From: Podarcis erhardii
Lineage: Eukaryota
Reading direction: 5' to 3' (one strand)
DNA length: 64,000 nt
Assembly: GCA_964252035.1 (NCBI GenBank)
Contig: CAXUOO010000044.1
The notes beneath the pieces are model-generated. The model was given only the letters and a program-made list of their open reading frames with translations, was not told where the DNA came from and did not search any database. A program made the position numbers and the translations under genes. Position 1 is the first letter of the stretch. The number at the start of each line of letters is the position of its first letter. Below are positions 13,568-26,500 of this stretch, piece after piece.

Positions 13568-14282
13568 CTAGCGCCCCACATTTTCAACGTTTGCACACAC
13601 AAACTCACTTTCGTTGATTCTATGGGTACACGTATGTGTGTGTGTGTGTGTGGAATGCAAGAGAAAGACACAGAGAGAGAGAGAGAGGTATTAGTTGCGT
13701 GTTTCTACGTGTTGATTCGACTCAAAAAACACCAACCACTACTTTCACATGCACCACACTCACACACTTTCATATGCTGATTGACAGGCTCGGCTTCGCG
13801 CGCGAACACTTCTTTCTGCTAAAGAAAGTGGCTCAATCTAGAAGAGTAAGTCTTGCATTTCGTTCAAACCACGAACTGCTTTTGGTTCATTCTTGAAGGT
13901 CATGCAAGACTTCTTCTCTTCATGCTCAGCTTCGTGGCGCTTTCTCTCACAGAGGGGCGGCGCACTACGTTGTTTTTGTGGCTCATAATTTGACGCTATT
14001 TCTGCTACTGTGTTTGCTGAGTCTTGCTGTTTCTTTCACTTAAGTGCAGTAGGCACTCAGCGAGTTTTCAGCACATGCTCGTTAGCGTCTCAGCTGTGCA
14101 GACAAACTTGGATATGTGTGTCTCTCTCTTGCAGGTGAGTTGTGTGCTGCTGCTCTTCAGTATAATAATAATAAAGACTGGAAATGTGTCGTGCTCTATT
14201 TAGTCGTATACGCAGCCTTCTCAACTTCACGCAATGTCGCCACATTCACTACTGAAAAAACGTGTGTGATCTCTATGCATAA

Positions 14283-14357
14283 AAAACATTTTCACACTGT
14301 TGTATCCACAACGCTCAAAAAAAGACCCCTGCCAATCCCCATAATCAATGAAAAAAA

Positions 14358-14402
<45 letters not shown>

Positions 14403-14460
14403 TAAAACAATTTTCACACTGTTGTCTTAAAGACGCTTAAAAAAAGACCCCTGCCAATTT
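14283..14460. repeat. Duplicated ~55-bp segment separated by a (TA)n tract
   Basis: aaaca(t/a)ttttcacactgttgt...aaaaaaagacccctgccaat at ~14283 and ~14405. Confidence 0.75.
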
Positions 14461-15773
14461 ATATAAATATTGAAAAGACAGAGATATCCGTATATGTTTC
14501 GTATGTAGAAGTGTTTGTTTTGTTTTTCGCAGACACTGTGTTCACACATACTGCTGTAGAAGGCAAAGTCGGCAGATCTCCAAACATTCACGCCTACATT
14601 CCACACTTCAGCATACATATATTTCCATAGAACTTATATACATGAATGTTGTCAATGTGAACTCAAGTAGACGAGCTTATGCAAACATACGTGTATCGGC
14701 ATATATGTCAGAGCTGAGAAAATCAGATGCTATACATATGTATATATATATATAGAGAAAAAAAGAGAAGATATTATGTATGCTCTGCATAAGAGCTTGT
14801 TCTACAACTTTGTTTTTTTTCACATACACCTACATATATATATGTAATCAAAGTGTGTGTAGGCAAGCATGCAAACGGTATCCTTGTCCTTATTTGCTAA
14901 TCGTATTCTTGTCTGTAGATTCGGTTTGAAATCAAGCGGTGTACATAGAGAGAGACGATAGCATGCAGGTGCTCATATTTATATGTACATATACACATAT
15001 ATATATATGTATATATGGAGCGAGAGAAATGTATGAAAGAGAGGCAACTGGCACATATATATATATATATACAGTTAGATGCTTGTTAGGATGCAGTTGA
15101 CTTTACAGAATAGAGAGGGTTGCGAAAAAGTAAGATCATGTGTGAAATTTGAATGTGAAGGTTTTCGACGTCTTGCGTGAAGACACTGCCAAATAGTCGG
15201 TGACTCTGTAGAACTAGACAACACGTCAGCAGCACTTCAAGTATTTTGTGGAAGTATGCACACACTGTGTACATACACGGAGATGAGTGAGTGAAAAGCC
15301 TCAAACTGCCTGTGCTACGAACAAAACTGCATGCACATCCCTCCAAATACAAACGAGTGAAGATGGTACAGAAATGCACGTCTATGTACACACATCTGCA
15401 CATGCAGCACACAGTCGTCGGCGCCTACAAGTTCCACCCTCTACACGTGGAACTTCCATATATGCAGAAACAGCAGCCCAATCCAGCAAAGCTGCACACC
15501 GAAAGTACACATGTACAAGCACCCAAGCCAGCTGTATCTAGAGAGAGAGGGCAGCAAAACAGAAACTCGTAGAAACTCCTCCTCTCCTCCAAGAAGACTC
15601 TAGACGCAGACACAGACACAAGTGTGTACGTTTGTACGCGTGTAAAGAGAGAAAAGGCGTGGTCTTTTTTCACAGGCGCAAGAGTGCGCAGTTTTCGCAC
15701 AGAGACTAACACACACACGTGCACAAGGAGTCACATTTATCTAGTGAAAAGAAGTGCGAAAAGCAGATCTCAC

Positions 15774-17847
15774 CACTGCCGTCTCCCCCTCCTCCTGCTC
15801 CGCGTTCTCGACTACTCGCTTCTCGCGAACGAGCGTCGGAGAAACTGGGTCTGAGTTGCTGGAAAAACTGCTGCTGCAGTGGATTTTGCTGCATGTGCTG
15901 AAGCAGCAGCTGCTGCTCCACTAGTGAAAGCGGTCCTTGCTCGAGTCCAGCAGACTCCACCACCAGTGCCCCTGCTGAGTCTGCTGTGGGTGCTGAACCA
16001 ACAACCACAGCACTACTCGAAAAAGCCCCAGCACTAGACGCACCTCCTGCAGAACCTCCTGCTGCATGCAAAGTTGCACTAGCACTGCCACTGGCAGCAG
16101 CAGGCAGAACTGGGGGGGGGGGGGCAGCTGCTGCTGCTGCTGCATGCAAAGCTGCAGACCCGCTTTCTTCGAGCGGCAGTGCGGCAGACGCATGCAGCGC
16201 TGGAGAGACTTGCAGAGACGGAGACGCATGCAGCGAGGCAGACCCCGCATGCAGTGAAGAACTCGGCACTGGCGAAGCTGCATGCAAAGCTGCAGCCAGT
16301 CGATTGCGCTCTGTCGCTGCTGCTGCTGCTCGCATCAAAGCTGCCGGGGCTGCAGCAGCAGCAGCCGCTGTCCAGTGATTCAGTTCCTGAAATAGGAACA
16401 AAGCAACACGCAGTGTACACAGTTACGTATCAGTGTGTGTGAGAGCGATCGAGTAGAAAAGTTCTTGACTGCGTTGTGTGTGCATGCATCCGCCGACACA
16501 CCTACACTCCACACACGTTCTGTCTCTCCTCAGGTCACTCGTCTATGTGTCTCTCTTTTCTCCAACAAAAAAGAGCTATGACAAGCATACAGACTTGCAT
16601 ATGCCTGTGAATTTTTGCAGCAGATATACGCGTGTTCATGTAGCAGAAAGAGTCTACAATTTTCGAAAAAGTCCCGCAGCAGCAACTTTTACAATTACGA
16701 AACGACACACTAACCACGCAGAAAATATACAGAAGCGGCACATACAGACATATATACATGCAAACATACATATATATTTGGATGTATATGTGTATATGAA
16801 GCAGTCGAGAGCTTGCAGAAGAGGAGTGGACGACAAGCGCTGATATACGAAGTGGGCGCGCACGTAGACAAAAGGCAGAACCAGGACTACAATGACAGCT
16901 GCACACGAAGACGTATATGTATGTTTGTATGCACTTTAATATCTATCTATATACACATATGTATGTACAGAGAGACAGAAGAATCGATAACACCAGTGGT
17001 AGTACCATCAGCTTCACAAAGAGTAGAATGCGGACATTCATTCACCTCTCCAAAACCACCTCGCTCAAATTGTTTCAATCAAAGAGCTACTAAAGCAGCA
17101 CTACCACTAATCAATACAGCTTCGTCAACAGCAGCAGTACCACTTCATCATTTTACCCGTTCATCTTTTTAAAGAAATGTGCATTTATATACATATATAT
17201 ATATATAATGATGGGGGACATTATCATGCACAACTTTACAGATATTCCCATATGTATGTGTGCACGTATGCAGGTATGTACGTATGCAGGTATGTACGCC
17301 TGTATGTACGTATGTATATACGTGTGTATGTGTATGTGTGAGTACGTTTTTTGTATGTAGGTGTAGGTATGTATATAGATATTTAAGAATATATCGTTTA
17401 AAATATTTTCGAATGCATTTCTGTATCGGGTCAAATGATCAGGCTATTGCATAAACGTATATCATATACATGTTTGTAGAGTCAGCAGTAAATACTCAAT
17501 TTCCTGCAGCGAAATTGAAATACATTTAAAGCGCAGGAAACCGGAGTAGTAGACTAGACCGGACGAACTAAGAAAGCTACATACATAAATTTATATGTAA
17601 AATTAGTAGGAATGATTTTCAGTATTATGCCTGGTTATACCTCTTTCAATTTTTCGACCCGCTGGCGAAGGTGCAGCATCGTGGATACGTCCGCGCACAA
17701 GCCCCTGATAAAGTATTGACCCACTCCAAATTACAGCATTATTTATTTTTTATATACTCACACAGTGTATTGACATACATACTCGTTTTATATCTTTTTC
17801 CAGACACATATATGTGTGTTTGTGTGTGTTCACCTGTGCATTGAACA

Positions 17848-17906
<59 letters not shown>

Positions 17907-18370
17907 AATCAAAGAATTCCATGTTCATTTACTCTCATGTCTTATGTCTAAATGAGCCGTATACCCTTGCCTACATTCTGATATATACACATGTATATAT
18001 ATATATATACATTTGGATAGAAATATACGAATATAGATGGCATACATGTAGGCACTTCCGAAAAAAGCGTGTGCAGTAATAAAGAGATATATGCGGTTAT
18101 TCACATTCCAGTGAGGGTGCGTATGAATTTTGAAAAGTTTCAGTTTCTAGATGAAGATATAAAAAAAAATTTTGCACATATATCTAAACAAATATGCAAA
18201 CATATATGCATGTGTTTTGCAGCAGAAAAAGCAGCGCTCTGCACAAAACTGTACGGAATCTGTATTGAATACAAATGCTACTTTTGAATATTTGCACACT
18301 TTCCCTACATAAAGTTCTTCATCAACTTCCCCATACAGAATAATTAGTATGTATATACCTATACGTATTC

Positions 18371-18401
<31 letters not shown>

Positions 18402-18481
18402 CATACACACATACATAGTTGTGAACACCGTGGAAACTAAAGCATTACAAACGCATACAACATATAGTCAAGGCTTGTATG

Positions 18482-18521
<40 letters not shown>

Positions 18522-18685
18522 TTCTGACTATTCGAGGCACACAATATATATACCCCGAATATTTACTAGTGAAAACATGTACTATAAGAATATGAAGATG
18601 TCTAGAGCAGATATAAGAATAGGTAATACAGACACTTGATATTATACAAAAAAATTTCCTACTTTATGATATATAGGTAGAAATA

Positions 18686-18731
<46 letters not shown>

Positions 18732-19027
18732 GATATATATATACTATTCCATATTCAGACGTATACACATTCGATATACATATATATATAGCGAAGGAAA
18801 GACAGCGAAATTTTCGTATACACAAGAGAATGCTTTGAGAAAAAATTGGTTCTTTTTATCATGAGAACAGCGACAAAACAAGTGTACATACAGTGTAGAA
18901 TTTCTAGATATGTATGACTACGCAGCGGCAGCGTGAAATAAGGTTTTTACACGCACACCTACGACAAGAGCAAGAGCAGTAGACAAAAAAACCTTTCTGC
19001 GTTCAGATATATATACACACATATACA

Positions 19028-19065
<38 letters not shown>

Positions 19066-19475
19066 AAAGAACCACGTAAAACATGGGTCACATGTGTTGA
19101 AGACCACCTCGAAACAGCATACGAAATGAAGCAAATTTTAATGCACCTAACAAACATACTGATGAGTTTGAGCAGAACTGAAACTCAATCTACAGTCTAT
19201 TTAAGCGTATAACAAAAGCATCACATATATATACATATATATATACATACATCTATATATGTAAAAAGAACCTCTCTAGCTTTAAGAACATAAATTCCAC
19301 GTGATTCTTTCGAGAATCTATATACATATATATAACAGCGTATGCTACGAACAATGTTTTGAAGCCCTCTCGATGAACCTGCAGCAGCACTATACAACAA
19401 TCATATTCCCATACACGAGAAGCAACCTTTCTATATTGATATATAGAAGCCTACAAGTGAAACAAATCATCTTCA

Positions 19476-19506
<31 letters not shown>

Positions 19507-19884
19507 CATTAGACACGTGTGAATGAATTTTTTAACATATGCATCAACTCTAATCTTACTAATGTCTAAAAGAGTCAAGAAAAGTCTTTGTAACCCCAAA
19601 AAACTAAGAATTCGCGCACAAAGAAAACGTTTGATTGTACTTCGAAACAAAAATAAAAAATCTTACCAGTAAGCTTCAGCCACATTGTAAGTAAAAGACG
19701 ATGGAGGCTGAACTCCTATCGAATTAAGAAAACTGTCAATATTAGAAAAAAGTTTTTCCGAATAGTGCTGGTGCTGCAATTGCTCTAACAAAGTACTTGT
19801 CGAAACGCATGTCGGCTCTCCTAATTCGAATAAATTGCTGCCTGTTAGCTGCATACAGCACCAGCAAATCGGCACCAACTGCGG

Positions 19885-19941
<57 letters not shown>

Positions 19942-20254
19942 CAGCATATCCACTGCTATATAGACCACAGAACTAGCACGTTGCATATATATAAATATAT
20001 ATATATATTTCTATATGTTGTATAGGCAGCATATCCACCGCTATATAGACCACAGAACTAGCACGTTGCATATATATAAATATATATATATGTTTCTATA
20101 TGTTGTATAGGCAGCATATCCACCGCTATATAGACCACAGAACTAGCACGTTGCATATATATAAATATATATATATATATATTTGTATATGTTGTATAGA
20201 CAGCATGTCTACAAGCTGTATACTCATTACCCAGCAAGCACATTACATATAATT

Positions 20255-20292
<38 letters not shown>

Positions 20293-23200
20293 GAAAAGTT
20301 TCTGAAATATATATATCTGGATGGTATTCTGGGCGGCGCGCTGGTGTAAGGATGAGTTTGGACATTCAAGGAGAAGTCTACTTATCATGTGCTAAAAAAG
20401 GTTGAAAATTTGTTCACAACTTATACATATATACACATGCACGTTGTGAAGAGAAACGAGGTGAAATTTCGGAGAATAAAGTTGCGGTATGCTTGTTCAG
20501 AAAACTGCATAGCCGGATTCAGGGGAAGAAGTATTACACATACGTAGATATATATATATACATATACATATATATGTACACACTGACGTAGAATGTGTTC
20601 AAATTTGAAAATATTTGTATTCATATGAATGGAAAAGAAAAAAGCGTTTTTTTGAGATATGACGGGCTCAAGATTCGAAGAGAAGCAGAAGTTGTTCTAT
20701 CTACACAGATATGTATGTATGAGTTCGTGAAGAATGTGGGCAACTGAAGCATAGAAAAGCTACGTTGTTATATGCAATTAGACAAATTGGAAGAAAACTG
20801 CCGGAAGCGGCGAAGTTGGAGAAAACACCGCACAGGCTGGTTGGGTTCTAGAGGAATGTCGAATTTCTTCTGAAGTTTCTTCTGTTCTTCTCGTAGTTTC
20901 GCAGCTTTCTTCAACTTCGTCTCTACTGAAAAAATTTCCTGCTGTAACTGCTGCTCTGCTTCAAGTTCTTCTTTCATTATACGCTGTTGACGCTGTAGAA
21001 GCATGCGGCGCTGTCTTTCAGCCGTTATACTGTGCAGATCCCAAAATGAAGTTCCACAAATCACACAGATCAGCACAACATAGAGACGAAGAAGAAAATG
21101 TGGCGAACGCGTGGCAAACGGAGCAGCCACAAAAAGCAGCTTCAGGTGTATATACACCGCTTGCCTGCATGCATGTGAGTTTTCTCTTGCCTTTCTTCCC
21201 CAGTAGTTCACACACACGATACCTAGAAAAGGCAGGATAAAACCTCCTATAGAGAAAGAATGTCTACATTTATTCGAGTCAAAAAATCACAAACAGGTTC
21301 ACTTTTATTGACAACACGTTTGTTGACAACACACAGGAACATCCTCACCGAAGTTCTATCAAAGAACAGTAACTATACATACTTTATATATATATATATA
21401 TGTGTATATGAATATCAACGTGCAGTAATAGATACATATGAATAGATACATACGTGTATATCAGTGAGCAACAGCAGCAACAGATGCAACAGCTATACAA
21501 CAACAGCATACACTTGATTGTATGGAGAAAGAGAGAGACAGAGTTCCTCGAGAAATCTACATCTCTATATAGATAAGTCCGGATATTAGAGAGCAAGAGC
21601 AACACAGAAGCACATCATAAATAAATAGAAACATACATATATATATATAAATGTGTATATGTACGTGTGAGAGTAACAAGAGCAAGAGCAATAGACACGT
21701 AACATTTAGAATGAGAGAGCAAGGGCTTTTTGCGAGGTTTTCTACGTAATCACCCCGGCTTCCAGCAGAAACAGCAACTGCATAGACGAGTGAACTAAAT
21801 CCCACTTGAAAAGGGGTAAAAAAACAGAGTAAGAAAAAAATAGAGGACAGCGCACTAAAGGGGTGCGCAGAGATGGGAGTCGAGAAGCTAGGAAATTGGA
21901 AAAAAGTGAGTTTTTCTTCGTTTGCTCTTATTACTTGAAGTTAAATCGCACAATTGGGTGACGCTGTTTCTCATCACGAAGCCGAGACAGAACAGCCGCA
22001 GAAGCCCCAGGGCCCTTCGCTAGCTCTTCTTCTTCTTTTTGTTCGAAGCGGCGAAGCACAACTCTAAACGCATGCAACGTTGAAGAATGCATGCAAGAGC
22101 AACATAAGACACATGCCACACCAACAAATGCATGCAAAGCAGCTGACGCTTGCAAGAGCAACAAATGCATGCACGAGCAACACATGCAGTTGCAGTGGTG
22201 GTGAAAAGCTGCAGATGCAGATGCAGGACAGTCTATACGTGCCGCGAACGCTGAAGAAACAGCAACAGACAAAGCAGGAATTTCAGGGATTTGTTTGAAG
22301 GAATGAGACAGGAGGAAGCAGCAATTTTCGTTGACTAGCTGGTGAAAAGGGAAGCAGCGAAAAATCGAGCCAAGAGCAGAAATTTCTGTGACTTCAGGGA
22401 GTGAAAGGGCGGAAAAATATGAAGCGAAAACCTACGACGAAGCCAAAGAGCAGCAGTAGCAAATAAATTCTGCATGCAGAGCTGAAGAATGGACCAAATT
22501 GGAAGTTCGAAAAAACAGCATTAACGAGTGGTAATAACGCCACCACCAATTGGGGGAAATAAAGGCACATTTCCGCCCACCCATGAGGCAGGCAGCACAT
22601 ACCTACAACGAAGAGGAGCTATTTGAAGAGCTGACTAAACAAGTCCCGCAAATTTGTTGAGAAACCGAGTGAGTGAACTGCTTTTCGATTTCAGCATGCC
22701 CTAAGCTATATGACTCAAACGTTTATTATCGTGTTGTTCGACAAATCGTCTGATTTTCAAATGAGCTGTTATGACACTCCTTCTCTGAGAAAGGTTCTAC
22801 ACAACACTTCTTCACAAAGAGCTGAGTAGAAATGACAAACTTTCGTGTTAAGAATGCTGTTTTGAGAACATACATGCTACACATACATATCTAGACGTGT
22901 GTGTCTACAGACATGTAGACAAGATTTATTTTATCGAGTTTATGGAGTTTATACACACACAGAGATAGTAGAAGGAGCGACGCAGCAGTAGTCGTAAGAG
23001 TTTCAAATCTCGACTAGAAAGAAGAGCTATTCTATACCGTTTAGCAACAGCGTAGTAGCGTTGCTTGAGTTCTTCCATTGAACGGTGAGAGTAGGGAAAA
23101 GCGTCGAATATTATAGGCCAGCGTAGCTCAAACTTGTGCGAGAGATGCCATAAAATCAGTGTTTCTTCTTTGTTCCAAGAACTATCCAAAGGCTGCAGCC

Positions 23201-23552
23201 AAATAACAAAGTTTGTGTGTGTGTTCACAAAGGGTCATTCTAACACATTTCTACATGACTCATTCACGCATACCATAGATTACAAAACACACATATATAT
23301 ATATGTACACGTTTATTATACACAGGCTGTCAGGAGACAAGTTTACCTCCAAAGTTAATTTTTGTGGAACCATACAGATGCAGAACAGATCGAATCGAAC
23401 AGTATGTGTGTAGTTTTTTCTATTCTATAAAGACAGATGCACGAGTGAAGAGCGAGTCAAAGGGACGCAGAAGAGATGTGTCTCTAGAACCGTAATACAC
23501 ATGTGTAAACATTTCGATCCCACACACACATACAAACAGAGCTCATTTACCC

Positions 23553-23592
<40 letters not shown>

Positions 23593-26500
23593 TGCGTGTG
23601 AAATTCCAACAGTGACGAAGACGTGTAAGTGCTTGTCTACCTTACACGCCGAGACACATAGTCGACCATACTACGCAAACGCATGCAGTAGACTACCGAG
23701 AGTGTTTGCGTCAGCAAACTCTTGTTCCATTGAGTGAGCGTACGATAGAATCACCTTTCTACAAATTTTTTGATGAGATGAGAGACACCAACATTATGTG
23801 TACGGAAGAACCCCACAATTGCACACAGCGAATCAGGAGATTTTTTCGTCAACTACTTAGTCGTTCTTCAAGTCGGTCCTTCCACTACAAACCCCCCCCA
23901 TATCTTTGCGCTGAAGAGAGCCTCTCAATAAGATGGAGTGGATGTGTTTGTACACGCTGAGGAAGACGAATTGTGGGCCCACGTTTGCTTCACTTTTTGT
24001 TTCTTCAACCCAGTACTAGTCCTCTGCCCTCAAACCAGAGCACGTCTTCTACTACTACTACTACTACAGAGAGGCGCCGTAGCTGTCTGTCTAGCTGTGC
24101 GTGATCGCCTTTTTTGTGTGCAAAGCATAAGAAACCACAACGTTCTTCTTCAATGCACCCTAGTAAACTCAAGTCAGATAAGCACAAACAAGCTCAAAAC
24201 ACACACATATGCAAAGAGTCCGTCTAAAGCCTGTCTGGCTTATGTGTGCGTCAGTGGAGAGAGCGCGTGACGGCGGTTCCGCCCCTTCCTACTAGTGTAC
24301 AGACGAGAGCTCACCTGAATGTACTGGCAATAGAAGGAGTCGGAGAGGGGGACTTCTTGCATGCGAATGTTGAATTTGGCGAAGGGATACTCCTTGTGCG
24401 GCGTGAGAAGAAAGGCTTGCAGTCTCTCCTGCAAAGTCAACATGTCGGCTGCCTGAACTTCGTCTTCCGCGTCGCTCCAGCAACAGCTTCGCAGCAGCAG
24501 CTTTCCACGAGTCTGCTCGCCCTCCTCTGAAGAAGAAAAGCAGCTTTTCGAGAACTTTTCTTGTCCGCCACTCCGCGCTGTACGTTGCTCTGCATGCTGA
24601 GCTCGCTGCGCTCTTCTGCGCTCTCCTCCTCCTCGTTTCCGCTTCCCTCAGACTCACGGAGAAAGCGCTGCGTTTTTCTCGCCTCAGCACTCAAGTTTCG
24701 TCGAGGGTCTTTTTCCACTGGCTGGGGGTGGCTCAGCTGCAGCTGCTGTGGTGGGCAGTGTGGAGAAACTGAGGCGCCCGTTTTTTTTCCACCACCCTGC
24801 AGCGCCTCTGTTGCCTGCTGCTGCTTCTTCTGCTCAGCTGCTACTGCTGATGCTGCTAGTGCTGATGTTTCTCCTCCTTCCTCGACTGCTGTTGGCTCCG
24901 TGCTTTGCTTCTGCGTCGAGCCAGCTCTGCTCAGTGGGGCCTCTTTTTGCTGTTCCTTTTGCGCTTTGTAGCGCGCAAACAGCGCCTGTTCACGCATGCG
25001 CACTTGCTGCACTTGCTGCTGCAGAGTCGCCGCTTGTTCTCTGCTCAACTTTCGCCAGTGAATCAAACAAAGGCCGTCGCTGCGTGCTTCGTTGCGAAAG
25101 GCGCACAAGCGCCAGCAAAAGTTGTTGCCCTCTTCTTTCTTCGACCGTCTCTGTCTCACACACAAAACCACACAGAAAGTCCAACGACGAAAATCAGTCG
25201 AGAACCTCTGCACTGCTCCAACAAGCGAATCAGTCGACTGCCACTTGCTCGAGGAAAAAAAAACACAAACACAGTGGTAACTGTAGCTGTAGTAACAGTA
25301 GTAGTAGTAGTTGGAGTAGTTGTTGTAGTAGTAGTAGTGGTAGTGGTAGTAGTTTTTTGTTGTTGTTGTTGTTGTTGTTGTAGTAGTAGTAATAGTAGTA
25401 GTAATAGTAGTAGTAGTTGTAGTAGTAGTAGTTGTTGTTGTAGTAAAATACTAGTAGTTGTTGTTGTAGTAGTAGTAGTGGGGCTGAGGAATTTTTAGAG
25501 CAGCGGGGGAAGTGCTGCTAGGAGACGACTGCTAGACAGAAAGACCGGAGGAAGTTTTAGTAGTCAGTCAGAATCTTATCGTATACACAGAAGGTGCTTG
25601 GCTTTGGACTGACTCTTTTCCTCTGCATTTATCCGCTTTCTCTCTCGAAAAAGGCGATCTACACATTTTGACGGACACATCTCTTGCGCTTCTCAAAGGT
25701 TATTTCTCGATTTCAAGGTGCTCTTCTTCACATCATACACACATATATATTTGTATACGCCTCTGTAAAAGTGGTAGAAATGTGGACACGTGTAGCTCAA
25801 AAGTAAAGGTGTCTTCTTTCCACCCTCAAACAACAACAGTAAGATAAATAGATATATCAACATTGACACGTGTATACGCGTAGAAGCGTGTGTGCGTAAA
25901 AACAAACAGTGGCATTTTGCGAATGTGGCTGCCCTGCCGCCCTGCTGCTCTTTGTTGCTGTGGCTCTATTATCAGAAATGTCTAATACACACAAATACTT
26001 AGCCATACACATACATATATGTATATATGTGTTCCTGCCTGTTAATGGTGACGGTCTACCGCAGGTTTGTGACTCGTGCCGCTGCTTCTGCTAGCACTGC
26101 TGTACCTATAGCACATCTACTAGTTGATTCAGTTAGTTGTTGAGTTTTTTTGCATGCCCTTTTTCAAGTACTCGTGGGGAAGAGGACATTCTTCCCATAT
26201 AAATTTTTCATATCAGCGTTGACTGCACGTACACAAATAAGTGTATCTACGCATGACTACGTACTAGGCGCTTCTTTGCCAATAGGACGATCAAGTCTAC
26301 AAACAATCACAGTTGTACTATGTATGCATTTGTGCATCAACAGTATAGTCTATTGTAGAAGAGTCAACACATTTTACAATATATATATATATATCAGTCC
26401 ATTTTTCTGGAGTGTCTTTCTCGGTCAGTGGATAGCCCTTCACACCTGCATAAATTCAAAATGTGTGGGGGCCACCAATGAACAATGATCTATATATATA

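Noticed and set aside
11178-13780. Long overlapping ORFs in other frames and on the plus strand (329, 230, 223, 198, 176 aa)
   Set aside because: Triplet and 24-bp repeats keep several frames open; these are shadows of the 802-aa frame.
19940-20200. Direct repeats superficially like a CRISPR array
   Set aside because: Eukaryotic intron; units are contiguous with no unique spacers; no cas genes.
24561-25498. Plus-strand ORFs of 136-211 aa ending in poly-Val/Cys/Leu
   Set aside because: Antisense to DMAP1 exon 2 and running into a TAG/TTG microsatellite.
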